The notes under the pieces were generated by a model. That model worked only from the letters and a program-made list of their open reading frames with translations, searched no databases and was not told where the DNA came from. A stretch of 61,168 nucleotides of DNA, the filler included. It is 8 parts of 8 records of this genome, joined end to end, with 100 filler letters (N's around TTAATTAATTAA, not from the genome) between each part and the next. Parts side by side here need not be neighbours in the genome. Positions count along the whole stretch, not along the records: positions 36,122 to 42,941 come from SRR31156797_45874; positions 43,042 to 49,820 come from SRR31156797_45906; 6 more parts are not named here. The stretch is one strand, 5' to 3'. Each line of letters begins with the position of its first letter. Position 1 is the stretch's first letter. Shown in pieces: positions 40,036 to 49,129 of the stretch. The translations under genes and the position numbers were made by a program.

Positions 40036-42858
40036 ATGAATAAGAAAGAAATACAAGTCCGCAATGGTTGTTGTGTTCGAACTGATAAAACTGATTTCGG
40101 AATAGTTTCAGAAGTTGATCCTTCCAATGGTTACATATGGGTTAAATGGTTTAAAAAAGGAACAGTAACAAAAGAGAACGAGGCTACGCTATATTGTGGT
40201 TTTCAAATCGGGATGGAGGTCCAGGACGTTCCTTTATCCAGAACAAGAACAACGTTGGGTGAAGGGATTGTTATTGAGTGCAGAAGGATTGGAAATAGGG
40301 AGCAGGTCCTTGTTGATTTTTTAGAATCAGGTGAAAAACATTGGCTTCCGTTTCAAAATTTGAAATTAATCGAAGGCGTTCAACAAAGGTTTGTGTTGAA
40401 CAAAATCGGAGGTGAAGACAATGCAGAACGATTCCGGCTTAGGAGTCTCGCCTATGCAATAGAAATCTGGAATGAGAATACCGGATCCCTGTCAAATTTA
40501 CACATAGACCCCTTGCCTCACCAGATTATGTTAGTTCACCATATACTGAAATCGGGTAATTTGAATTGGTTGATTGCTGATGATGTCGGGCTCGGGAAAA
40601 CTATAGAGGCGGGTATGCTGCTGTCAGCATTAATGCATCGCAAGAATTTCCGACGAATATTGTTAATTACTCCTGCAGGGCTAACCCGACAATGGAAAGA
40701 CGAGCTTCATTATAAATTCGGAATGAATGATTTTCGAATATACGGAGACGATTTCGTTATAAACGAACCAAGGGAGTGGAAACTTTACGACAACGTCATC
40801 GGTTCTATAGACCGGTTTAAATCTGAGCAACACGTTGATCTTTTAATACAATCCGGGAAATGGGATATTGTTATTTTTGATGAAGCACATTCACTGAGCC
40901 GAATTCAATATGGGATGAAATTTGAAAGTACCGAAAGGTTCAGGTTAGCGGCAAGTCTTAGAGCTCAAACAGATAATATTATCCTTTTGACAGCAACCCC
41001 CCACCAGGGAAAACAGGATAAATTTCAGGCACTACTTGAACTGTTGAGACCGGAGTACAAGACTGAAATTCGTAATATTGGGAATGATCCTGAAATTATC
41101 GGGGAGATGGTATACCGGAACAACAAATCTACAGTCACGGATATAGACGGGCAATTGATATTCCGGGGGAAGCATTCCAATTCAATTCCAATTAACCTGA
41201 CTCCTGAAGAAATTGATTTTGAAAGGCAGCTTGTAAAATACATTAAACGGGGTTACGAAGCCGGAAGAAAGAAAGGGGGGATGACAGGACGTGCTATTGG
41301 TTTTGTCATGACTATATATAGAAAACTTGCCGCTTCAAGCATCTCGGCAATTAGCACCGCACTTATAAAAAGATATACCCGGCTTGAAAAAAAAAGTATT
41401 GATACAGCAATAAACTCATATTTTCTGAACCAGGCGGATACAAAATATTACGAAAGTGAATTTGAAGAAAGTTTGGATACATCCGGGGCCGAATTCTTTG
41501 TCGGTGAGAAGGTACAGTTGGCCGAGCTGATAAAATACACGGAAATCATTCTGGCAGCGGAGAATAAGATATCCTTATTCGTGGACAATATTATCAAAGC
41601 AATCAAGAGCAAAAACGAAAAAGAGAAGATCGTTATTTTCACAGAGTATCTCGCCACGCAAAATGCGCTTTCACATTTGTTAGCCGAGGGATACGGATCG
41701 GAGTCAGTCAGCCTGATTAACGGTAATATAAAGCATGAGGAAAAAAGAGATGCTATCGAAGCATTTGAAGACCACGGTGATTTTTTAATTTCAACTGAAG
41801 CTGGCGGAGAAGGTATTAACCTTCACAAAGAATGCCACATCCTGATTAATTTTGATCTACCTTGGAATCCCATGCGAATCGTCCAGCGCATAGGTCGTCT
41901 ATACAGATATGGCCAAAAGAAAAAAGTTGTTGTTTTCAATATGTTTTCGCCTCAATCCTTGGACGGAAGCATTATGAGGCTTCTTTATCAGAGAATAGAT
42001 AGTGTTGTTAGAGATATGGCAATATTAGGCGGAGAATTTAAACCCGGATTGGAATCTGAGATTTTAGGTGAGCTTGCTGAATTCATTGATATTGATGAAA
42101 TATTGGAAAATAGCCTACAGGAAAATTTGAAACAAACTGAAGAAAAGATAAAGAAGGCAATAGAAAAAGCAAAGATTGCAATAAAAAAACAAAGAGACTT
42201 ACTTGAATATGCCTCGGGTTTCGATCCCGAGTCTGCTGCTGATGAGTTGAGAATTACAATAGATCATCTTAAATCTTTTGTCCAAGGTATGCTGGCCTAT
42301 ACGGAATGCGAAGTTGTTGACCAAAAACATAAAGGCGAAGTTTGGAAAATTGAGCTATCCGATAAGGTCAGAGACGAACTGAAGATCAGAAAACAATACC
42401 TACGTGTTACTTTTAATAGAGATATAGCACTAAGAAGCCGGGATGTTTCAATGATGGATCTGGATAATTCTTTTCTCCAATATCTAATAAAGACGGCAAA
42501 AGCGTATTCCTTCGACGGTAGAGTTTGCAGCCTGAAGGGTATTGATAAAAACGCCGTGGTAACTACCATGTTAAGATGGCAAAACGACCAAGGCCTCAGA
42601 ATGCGACAGGAATTTTTTATTTCCCTTGTTGGCGCGGACAACTCTGTAGAAGCTAACGGCAAAGAAATTTCCGAATGGTTGTTAAAGTCGTCTGAAATAA
42701 ACAGTCATCAAATCAAGTACTCGAAAGAGTGGACTATGCGACATTTTAAGGCTGCGTTACATTCAATGGACTTAAGGCTTTCTGAAATATGCAATACTGA
42801 GCTTCATCCGGAAAACAGGCAAGTGGTTAGTGCCGCTTTCGTTTCTGAGTATGAATAA
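40036..42858 (+). CDS. SNF2/RapA-DrmD-like helicase/ATPase
   Basis: PLPHQ, LIADDVGLGKTIEAG, FDEAH, LTATPHQG, STEAGGEGINL, LPWNPMRIVQRIGRLYR; N-terminal SH3/Tudor-like strands. Confidence 0.9.
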   Translation: MNKKEIQVRNGCCVRTDKTDFGIVSEVDPSNGYIWVKWFKKGTVTKENEATLYCGFQIGMEVQDVPLSRTRTTLGEGIVIECRRIGNREQVLVDFLESGEKHWLPFQNLKLIEGVQQRFVLNKIGGEDNAERFRLRSLAYAIEIWNENTGSLSNLHIDPLPHQIMLVHHILKSGNLNWLIADDVGLGKTIEAGMLLSALMHRKNFRRILLITPAGLTRQWKDELHYKFGMNDFRIYGDDFVINEPREWKLYDNVIGSIDRFKSEQHVDLLIQSGKWDIVIFDEAHSLSRIQYGMKFESTERFRLAASLRAQTDNIILLTATPHQGKQDKFQALLELLRPEYKTEIRNIGNDPEIIGEMVYRNNKSTVTDIDGQLIFRGKHSNSIPINLTPEEIDFERQLVKYIKRGYEAGRKKGGMTGRAIGFVMTIYRKLAASSISAISTALIKRYTRLEKKSIDTAINSYFLNQADTKYYESEFEESLDTSGAEFFVGEKVQLAELIKYTEIILAAENKISLFVDNIIKAIKSKNEKEKIVIFTEYLATQNALSHLLAEGYGSESVSLINGNIKHEEKRDAIEAFEDHGDFLISTEAGGEGINLHKECHILINFDLPWNPMRIVQRIGRLYRYGQKKKVVVFNMFSPQSLDGSIMRLLYQRIDSVVRDMAILGGEFKPGLESEILGELAEFIDIDEILENSLQENLKQTEEKIKKAIEKAKIAIKKQRDLLEYASGFDPESAADELRITIDHLKSFVQGMLAYTECEVVDQKHKGEVWKIELSDKVRDELKIRKQYLRVTFNRDIALRSRDVSMMDLDNSFLQYLIKTAKAYSFDGRVCSLKGIDKNAVVTTMLRWQNDQGLRMRQEFFISLVGADNSVEANGKEISEWLLKSSEINSHQIKYSKEWTMRHFKAALHSMDLRLSEICNTELHPENRQVVSAAFVSEYE

Positions 42859-42909
42859 ATCAATAAGCCAAATGCACCGGACGAGCCGGTGCATTTGGAA
42901 ACGTTCTCG
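42858..42909 (+). mobile_element. attC-like site related to the copy at 38573
   Basis: CCAAATGCACCGG-ACGAG-CCGGTGCATTTGG then GTT at 42903; shares the 17 bp AAATGCACCGGACGAGC with 38586-38602. Confidence 0.65.
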
Positions 42910-42941
42910 GAGGCTGAACACCTTAGTGATAATTAAGGTAT

Positions 42942-43041
42942 NNNNNNNNNNNNNNNNNNNNNNNNNNNNNNNNNNNNNNNNNNNNTTAATTAATTAANNN
43001 NNNNNNNNNNNNNNNNNNNNNNNNNNNNNNNNNNNNNNNNN
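42942..43041. other. Artificial contig linker
   Basis: N run-TTAATTAATTAA-N run. Confidence 0.98.
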
Positions 43042-43086
43042 GCCATGGAATTATTAAGTTTTTAACCGTTGAGTTGCTTGGGACGC

Positions 43087-43734
43087 CTACCAGATAGGCG
43101 CGGCGTATTCATCTACAACCTTTAAAATCAGGTCGGCGATGATATCTTCCGCCTCCTTGAGGCTCACCCGGCTGGTGTTCAATACCAGGCTGTATATATC
43201 CGATGCGTCAGGATTTGTTTCGTCAAACAGTTTTAAAAAAGAACACCTGCGCTTTTCTTCCTTTCTGACCAACTGCTCCGCCTTGGACTTGGTCAGGTCG
43301 TAATGCTCCATCATGAATTTGATCCGGTCTTCAAGCTCGGCCACCAGAAGCACTTTTATAATCTGCTCGTTTTGCCCCAGGATAAACTGACTGCCCCGGC
43401 CCACAATCAGAACATTGCCCTCATCGGCAAGGTTGGAAATAATTTTCGTTATAAACTGAACGTATCTGTTCTGGTCGAAATCGGATCCCGAGTCGCCCAA
43501 AAGTCGTTCAATAAAGTCGCTGCTGACCAAACGATTGGTAATGCGCATAAGCAGGCCGCCGGCGTCCTGTTCAACGGCTTCAACCCAGCCGACCGAAACA
43601 TTGGCTTCCTTGGCCACCTGGGCGACGATATCCCTGTCCACCAATTGGTAGCCGAAGCGTTCGGCAATGATTTTCCCAAGGGTGTGTCCCCCGGCGCCGA
43701 ATTGACGGGAAATGGTCACTACAGGCATTTTCAT
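43087..43734 (-). CDS. Cytidylate kinase-like family protein
   Basis: VTISRQFGAGG, IVGRGSQFIL, YSLVLNTS. Confidence 0.85.
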   Translation of the reverse strand: MKMPVVTISRQFGAGGHTLGKIIAERFGYQLVDRDIVAQVAKEANVSVGWVEAVEQDAGGLLMRITNRLVSSDFIERLLGDSGSDFDQNRYVQFITKIISNLADEGNVLIVGRGSQFILGQNEQIIKVLLVAELEDRIKFMMEHYDLTKSKAEQLVRKEEKRRCSFLKLFDETNPDASDIYSLVLNTSRVSLKEAEDIIADLILKVVDEYAAPIW

Positions 43735-43810
43735 CCTCCTTCTGTGACATACGGGCTATCGTGATCCCAAATTATATATTCAACAATTTTTTATTTGTTT
43801 CCGCCAAATC

Positions 43811-44446
43811 TCATTCTTCGGGGACTTCAGCGCTTCGCCGTTTAATAAGATTGCAGACGATGTCTTCAACCCATTCGAGCCGTACAACGCTGGTGTTGAA
43901 AATCAGGTCGTAGATACTTGGGGCGTCCGGGTCTTTTTCGGTAAGCCTGGTTAGAAAATCAGTTCTGTTTCCTTCCCATTCATTGACCGCTTCCTCTGCT
44001 TCTTCCAAGGTCAAATTATGGTTCTCCATCATAAAGTTAACCCGGTGTTCCCTTGTGGCCACCAACAGGATCTTGAGCGTGTTTGGAGAATCAGGCAATA
44101 TGAACTGGCTGCCCCTGCCAAGAAAGATCACATTGTCCTGCTCCGCAAGCTCGGGAATGTATTTTCTAAACAGAGGCGTCAAGTCTCCGTCTTTTATGTC
44201 CGAACCTGATTCACCCATGAACTTTTCAAGAAACTGGGTGCTGAGAAGACTCGAAACCAGGCCTTTTTTTCCAGAGGCAGACTCCCTTTCGGTCACCTTA
44301 ACCCATTCATCGGCCACACAGGCGTCTTTAGCCACCAGGCAGACCAATTCTTCATCCAAAAATTTATAACCCAGACGCTGGGCAAGTCTTCCCGCTAATG
44401 TACTGCCCCCTGCGCCGAACTGCCGGGAAATGCTGATAACAGCCAT
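43811..44446 (-). CDS. Cytidylate kinase-like family protein (tandem paralogue)
   Basis: ISISRQFGAGG, LGRGSQFIL, YDLIFNTS. Confidence 0.85.
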   Translation of the reverse strand: MAVISISRQFGAGGSTLAGRLAQRLGYKFLDEELVCLVAKDACVADEWVKVTERESASGKKGLVSSLLSTQFLEKFMGESGSDIKDGDLTPLFRKYIPELAEQDNVIFLGRGSQFILPDSPNTLKILLVATREHRVNFMMENHNLTLEEAEEAVNEWEGNRTDFLTRLTEKDPDAPSIYDLIFNTSVVRLEWVEDIVCNLIKRRSAEVPEE

Positions 44447-44785
44447 GTGAAATCCCTCCTGGGTTTGCGAATCGTTCCTGTTGTGTATGAAAGCTTTTTT
44501 TTACCTGTACTAACTATAATAGAAGAAAAGTGTATGGTTTTGCAAGGTGTGAGTATGCATGTCCCGGTAATAAAATTTTCACAATATATTACTCAAAGGT
44601 AAATATACCCTTAAATAAAGGCTTTCCGGATAAATTCCGCGGGCGCCCCAATGCGGATTGTGATAACTTTTTAAGGACTTGTCGTTCTATCCCGGCCCCG
44701 CCCGTGAAGAGATTGAAATCGGTCGAATGATGTTCCACCGGAATCCGTAATTATTATTTCTCATGGAACAATAGATAATTTGGAG

Positions 44786-44814
44786 TTGCGTTGTCGGCAA
44801 ACGTGGTTCATAAT
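44786..44814 (+). promoter_or_regulatory. Putative sigma70 promoter of the mrp operon
   Basis: TTGCGT-17 bp-CATAAT. Confidence 0.45.
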
Positions 44815-44839
44815 TAATTTGAATCAGGATAATCACGTT

Positions 44840-44895
44840 GCGTTATTTGGACCGACCCTTAATAATCTAGGGTCAAGTTGAATGCCAAGCATCGT
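44840..44895 (+). ncRNA. Candidate cis-regulatory RNA, possibly a Na+-sensing (DUF1646-like) riboswitch
   Basis: P1 TTTGG/CCAAG (extendable) encloses P2 GACCCT/AGGGTC and junction AAGTTGAATG; lies in the leader of a Na+/H+ antiporter operon. Confidence 0.45.
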
Positions 44896-44930
44896 CTACA
44901 GATGGTGTGGAACGACGTAGGGGCTTAGGG

Positions 44931-45515
44931 TTGAAATACTACGATCTCAACCAATTCCCTTATGAAACGCCGCCTGTGGTTGAGCCGGAACAGTCGCCTG
45001 AAAGAGCGGCTCGGCTGTATCAGATCATCGCATTCCTGTTAACGTTTTTTTTGATGTTCGCAACCTGGATTCTGTTATCCGGCAGATTCGACCTCTTTCA
45101 CCTCGCACTTGGTGTATTTTCTTCCGCATTGGTGGCCTATTTCTCTAGGGACCTGTTATTTTCTTCCGGGATATTGCCCGATTTCAGGGGACTGTCCGTC
45201 AGGTTCGCTGTATATATCCCCTGGCTGATGTGGCAGATTCTCCTGGCCAACCTTCATGTGTTAAAACTGGCCTTGAGCCCGGGCGTTAAGGAAAACCTGG
45301 ATCCGCACATTATCAGGATCCGCAGCCGGCTCAAAACCGACCTGTCGCTTGTCACCTATGCAAATTCCATTACTCTGACCCCGGGGACCATTACCGTCTT
45401 TGCTTCTCAGGACGGCGAAGTCACCGTTCACGCCATTGACCGGCAGTCCGGGGATCCGGAATCTCTACGGATCATGGAAGAAAAAGTCGCCCGAACCTTC
45501 GGAGAAATGTCATGA
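44931..45515 (+). CDS. mnhE: Na+/H+ antiporter subunit E
   Basis: TWILLSG, QILLANLHV, YANSITLTPGT, VHAI. Confidence 0.9.
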   Translation: MKYYDLNQFPYETPPVVEPEQSPERAARLYQIIAFLLTFFLMFATWILLSGRFDLFHLALGVFSSALVAYFSRDLLFSSGILPDFRGLSVRFAVYIPWLMWQILLANLHVLKLALSPGVKENLDPHIIRIRSRLKTDLSLVTYANSITLTPGTITVFASQDGEVTVHAIDRQSGDPESLRIMEEKVARTFGEMS

Positions 45516-45820
45516 CGCAAATACTCCTGTATTCAGCCGTTTTTCTGTGCCTGCTCATGGCGCTGTCCCTTTACCGGGGTATTTTCGGCCCTACGGTTCT
45601 CGATCGCCTGATCGGCGCCAACGCCATTGGTTCAAAAACCACGGCCATGCTTATCCTCATCGGCATGTTGTTCGAGAGGGTAGACATGTTCGTCGACATA
45701 GCCCTGGCTTACGCAATGCTCAACTTTATCGCCGTTTTGGCGGCGTCAAGATATTTTCAGAAGAAAAAAGGGCTGGATATTATTCAACTTGTTGAAACCC
45801 CAAGATCGCACTGGGACTGA
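45512..45820 (+). CDS. mnhF: Na+/H+ antiporter subunit F
   Basis: GPTVLDRLIG, DIALAYAMLNF. Confidence 0.9.
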   Translation: MTQILLYSAVFLCLLMALSLYRGIFGPTVLDRLIGANAIGSKTTAMLILIGMLFERVDMFVDIALAYAMLNFIAVLAASRYFQKKKGLDIIQLVETPRSHWD

Positions 45821-45822
45821 TT

Positions 45823-46155
45823 ATGCTGAATATCATCGTAACATTTTTGCTGCTTCTCGGCCTACTGTTTTTCACTGGAGGATCAATAGGCATCATCCGT
45901 TTTCCGGATTTTTACACCAGGCTTCACGCCGCCGGAAAACTGGACACCCTTGGTCTGCTCATGATGATGATCGCCCTGGCCCTTTACAACCTCCATCACT
46001 TCACCCTGGGCGCCGTGCTGACCAGCCTCAAGATAATGCTAGTTGTCGTCTTTGTATTCATGGCCAGCCCCACGGCGACTCACGCCATTGTAGACGCCGG
46101 GGTGCGGGCCGGTCTCATGCCCTGGACCCGGGAGGCGGAAGGGGAAGAAGAATGA
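45823..46155 (+). CDS. mnhG: Na+/H+ antiporter subunit G
   Basis: RFPDFYTRLHAAGK.DTLG, SPTATHAI. Confidence 0.92.
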   Translation: MLNIIVTFLLLLGLLFFTGGSIGIIRFPDFYTRLHAAGKLDTLGLLMMMIALALYNLHHFTLGAVLTSLKIMLVVVFVFMASPTATHAIVDAGVRAGLMPWTREAEGEEE

Positions 46156-46397
46156 TCTGGCAAGTCGACCTCGCCGTGCTGACCCTGGTAATTATCTGCG
46201 CCCTGGGCGCGATAATGGTCCGCGATCTTTTGGGCGCCGCCATCCTTTTCGGGGCGTACAGCTTCATGATGTGCCTGCTCTGGTCGATAATGGGCGCCGT
46301 GGATGTGGCCTTTACCGAAGCATCCGTGGGAGCGGGCGTGAGCACTGTTTTTTTTGTGGCTGCTGTCTTTCGCACCACGAGGAGGACTAAAGATTAG
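46152..46397 (+). CDS. Mrp/Mnh DUF4040 (MbhD-like) subunit
   Basis: MIWQVD..AVDVAFTEASVGAGVST; ATGA overlap with mnhG. Confidence 0.88.
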   Translation: MIWQVDLAVLTLVIICALGAIMVRDLLGAAILFGAYSFMMCLLWSIMGAVDVAFTEASVGAGVSTVFFVAAVFRTTRRTKD

Positions 46398-47223
46398 GTA
46401 TCTGGCCGTCATACTGGTTGTTTGCTGCGGCGGCATGCTGATATACGCCGCGGCTGATTTTCCCGCGTGGGGCGACCCGGCGGCGCCGGCCAGCGGGCAC
46501 GTGTCACCGCATTACATTGAAAAATCAATGGAAGAAACTTCCGTACCCAATATCGTCACAGCCGTTCTGGCCGATTACCGGGGATTCGACACCCTGTTTG
46601 AAACAACCGTCATCCTGGCCGCGGGGCTGGCCTGTTTCCTGCTCTTGAGGGTGTATAGCACGCCGGCTCGCCATGAACGCTTATGCCGGCACACCGCCAC
46701 CGGCATCATAATACGCATCCGAAATCCGGATATAGACATCGGCGATTCTAAAACCCTGGAAACAATCGATCCCCTGTGGACGCCCCACGACCTTATCATC
46801 AGGACCATGTGCCGCTTGATGATCCCCTTTCTGCAATTGTTCGCCCTTTACGTTATCGCCCACGGACACCACAGCCCGGGCGGCGGTTTCCAGGGCGGCG
46901 TGATCCTGGGGTCAAGTTTCATCCTCCTGGCCATAGCCTACGACCTGCGTACGGCCATGGTCAAAGGCCCGGAAAAAGCTATCGGAATTCTCAGTTCGAC
47001 CGGCGTCTTCATATACGCGGGAGTGGGCGCTCTCTGCCTGGTTTTGGGCGGAAACTTCCTTGACTACAGCGCTTTGTCCGAGCTGCTGCCCGTGGATCCC
47101 GTGGCTGCGCGTTCCCTGGGGATACTTTTCGTCGAAATCGGAGTCGGACTGGCCGTCATGGCCACCATGTTTCTGCTTTACACCAATGTGTCTTCCGCGG
47201 GCCGGCACAAACAGGGGCTCTGA
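46393..47223 (+). CDS. mnhB: Na+/H+ antiporter subunit B (start uncertain)
   Basis: NIVTAVLADYRGFDTLFE, HGHHSPGGGFQGG, EIGVG. Confidence 0.88.
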   Translation: MRYLAVILVVCCGGMLIYAAADFPAWGDPAAPASGHVSPHYIEKSMEETSVPNIVTAVLADYRGFDTLFETTVILAAGLACFLLLRVYSTPARHERLCRHTATGIIIRIRNPDIDIGDSKTLETIDPLWTPHDLIIRTMCRLMIPFLQLFALYVIAHGHHSPGGGFQGGVILGSSFILLAIAYDLRTAMVKGPEKAIGILSSTGVFIYAGVGALCLVLGGNFLDYSALSELLPVDPVAARSLGILFVEIGVGLAVMATMFLLYTNVSSAGRHKQGL

Positions 47224-47224
47224 T

Positions 47225-47620
47225 ATGGGCGATATCATTCCCGTCATCATCGGAAAATACAATTACTGGGCGTATATTGTTCTGATGATGATCGGTCTGT
47301 ACGCCATGATCGCCAAAAACAACCTGGTAAAAAAGATAATCGGCATGAACGTCTTCCAGACGGCTATTATTCTTTTTTATATATCAATCAGCGCCAAGAA
47401 GGGGGCGACAATCCCCATAATTGAACACGGACACGATCACGGTTCAAATATTACCCGTGCAGTGGATTATATAAACCCGCTGCCGCATGTTCTGATGCTC
47501 ACGGCTATAGTTGTGGCCGTGGCCACGCTTGGCGTGGCCCTGGCCCTGGCCATCAGGGTATATGATCGTTACGGAACACTGGAAGAAGATGAAATCGCGT
47601 TGCAACTGGAAGAAGAATGA
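47225..47620 (+). CDS. mnhC: Na+/H+ antiporter subunit C
   Basis: NLVKKIIG, NPLPHVLMLTAIVV. Confidence 0.92.
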   Translation: MGDIIPVIIGKYNYWAYIVLMMIGLYAMIAKNNLVKKIIGMNVFQTAIILFYISISAKKGATIPIIEHGHDHGSNITRAVDYINPLPHVLMLTAIVVAVATLGVALALAIRVYDRYGTLEEDEIALQLEEE

Positions 47621-49113
47621 CGCAACAATTCCCAGCTCTACTGGTTGCGGCTCCGCTGATAGCCGCATGCTTGATCGTCATCGCCGGATGGGGATCCCGT
47701 AAGTGGTGTTTCCCCCTGGCCCTGGCGGCCCTGTTTATATCATTTGTTTCAGCGGTCGGAATATCAATCAATGTCCTGGCCGGAGGAGCCGTCAAATACA
47801 AACTCGGCGGATGGCCGCCTCCCTGGGGCATAGGCTATCACATCGACTATTTGAACGCCCTGGTGCTGATAGTTATTTCAGCAGCGTCCTGCCTTAACCT
47901 GGTTTCCTCAAAAAAATCAATAGAAGAAGAACAGGGCGAAAAGACTCCAACCTTTTACTCATTATACGTTCTGGCTGTCACCGGCCTTTTGGGCATGACC
48001 GTAACCGGCGACGCCTTTAATCTATACGTCCTGCTTGAAATATCCTCCCTGAGCGGGTATGCGCTGGTGGCCAGTGGAGAAGATCGAGCGCCCCTGGCCA
48101 CGCTTAACTATCTGTTTCTCGGGACCATGGGAGCATCATTTTACCTCCTCGGCGTCGGCTTTTTATACATGGTCACCGGCTCCCTCAACATGCAGGACAT
48201 TGCCGTCCGCCTGCCGGAACTTTACGGTTCCAGGGTCGTTTTGGCCGCGTTTATAATGATCATGGTCGGCCTGTGGCTGAAGGCCGCTTTTTTTCCGCTC
48301 CATGCCTGGCTGCCCGGTGCGTATACCTATGCCAATTCGGCGGCGTCGGCCCTTCTGGCCCCCCTCATGACCAAGGTCATGATCTACGTAATGGTCCGCA
48401 TGATGCTGGACGTATTCACCCCCGCCTTTGTTTTCGAAAATCTGAACCTGCACCTGAGCATTGTCTGGCTTGCCGTGACTGCCATTTTTATGGGCGCTCT
48501 CATGGCCCTGGCCCAGCGCAACCTGAAAAAAATGCTCACCTTTATTATCATTTCAGAAGTCGGGTACATGATTGGCGGGGCCTGGCTGGGCAACAAGGCC
48601 GGCATGACCGGCGCAGTTCTGCATATCATCAACGACGCCCTCATGACCCTGTGCGTGTTTATGGCCGTAAGCAACATCATCTACCAGGTTAAAAGCTACG
48701 AATTTAAAGACCTGCAAGGACTCTTCCACAAAATGCCCTTTACCATGGCGGGCTTTGTTGTTGCCGGACTTTCAATAATCGGCGTGCCGCCGACTTGCGG
48801 CTTTTTCAGTAAATGGTATCTGCTGACAGGCGCTGTGCAAGCCGGTCACTACGGTTTCATGGTTGCACTTTTGTTTTCAAGTCTTATCTCTGTCGTGTTG
48901 TTTTTCAGAGTCCTGGAAATTGCATATTTTGAACCGCTAAAGGAACACGGACACGGCCAAGGCCACGGCCACGGCGCCCGGATGCGCGAGGCGCCACTGA
49001 TCATGGTCGTTCCCTTGATGGTCGCGGCCGGAACCTTGATTTTGGTAGGGTTTTATACCGGTGAAATAGTTTCCGTTTTCATTGTCAAATCCATTCCGGC
49101 TGGTTTGAATTAA
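47617..49113 (+). CDS. mnhD: Na+/H+ antiporter subunit D
   Basis: DAFNLYVLLE, KAAFFPLHAWLP, GVPPTCGFFSKW. Confidence 0.9.
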   Translation: MTQQFPALLVAAPLIAACLIVIAGWGSRKWCFPLALAALFISFVSAVGISINVLAGGAVKYKLGGWPPPWGIGYHIDYLNALVLIVISAASCLNLVSSKKSIEEEQGEKTPTFYSLYVLAVTGLLGMTVTGDAFNLYVLLEISSLSGYALVASGEDRAPLATLNYLFLGTMGASFYLLGVGFLYMVTGSLNMQDIAVRLPELYGSRVVLAAFIMIMVGLWLKAAFFPLHAWLPGAYTYANSAASALLAPLMTKVMIYVMVRMMLDVFTPAFVFENLNLHLSIVWLAVTAIFMGALMALAQRNLKKMLTFIIISEVGYMIGGAWLGNKAGMTGAVLHIINDALMTLCVFMAVSNIIYQVKSYEFKDLQGLFHKMPFTMAGFVVAGLSIIGVPPTCGFFSKWYLLTGAVQAGHYGFMVALLFSSLISVVLFFRVLEIAYFEPLKEHGHGQGHGHGARMREAPLIMVVPLMVAAGTLILVGFYTGEIVSVFIVKSIPAGLN

Positions 49114-49129
49114 ACGAGGAACGCTCATA

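Noticed and set aside
37641-42858. Calling the locus Thoeris, DISARM or Zorya
   Set aside because: Required partners (ThsA; DrmA/B/C and methylase; ZorA/B/C) are absent from the contig.
38573-42909. Repeated AAATGCACCGGACGAGC hairpins as a CRISPR array
   Set aside because: Only two copies, 4.3 kb apart and separated by genes; they fit attC sites. No CRISPR array, tRNA or rRNA was recognised in the window.
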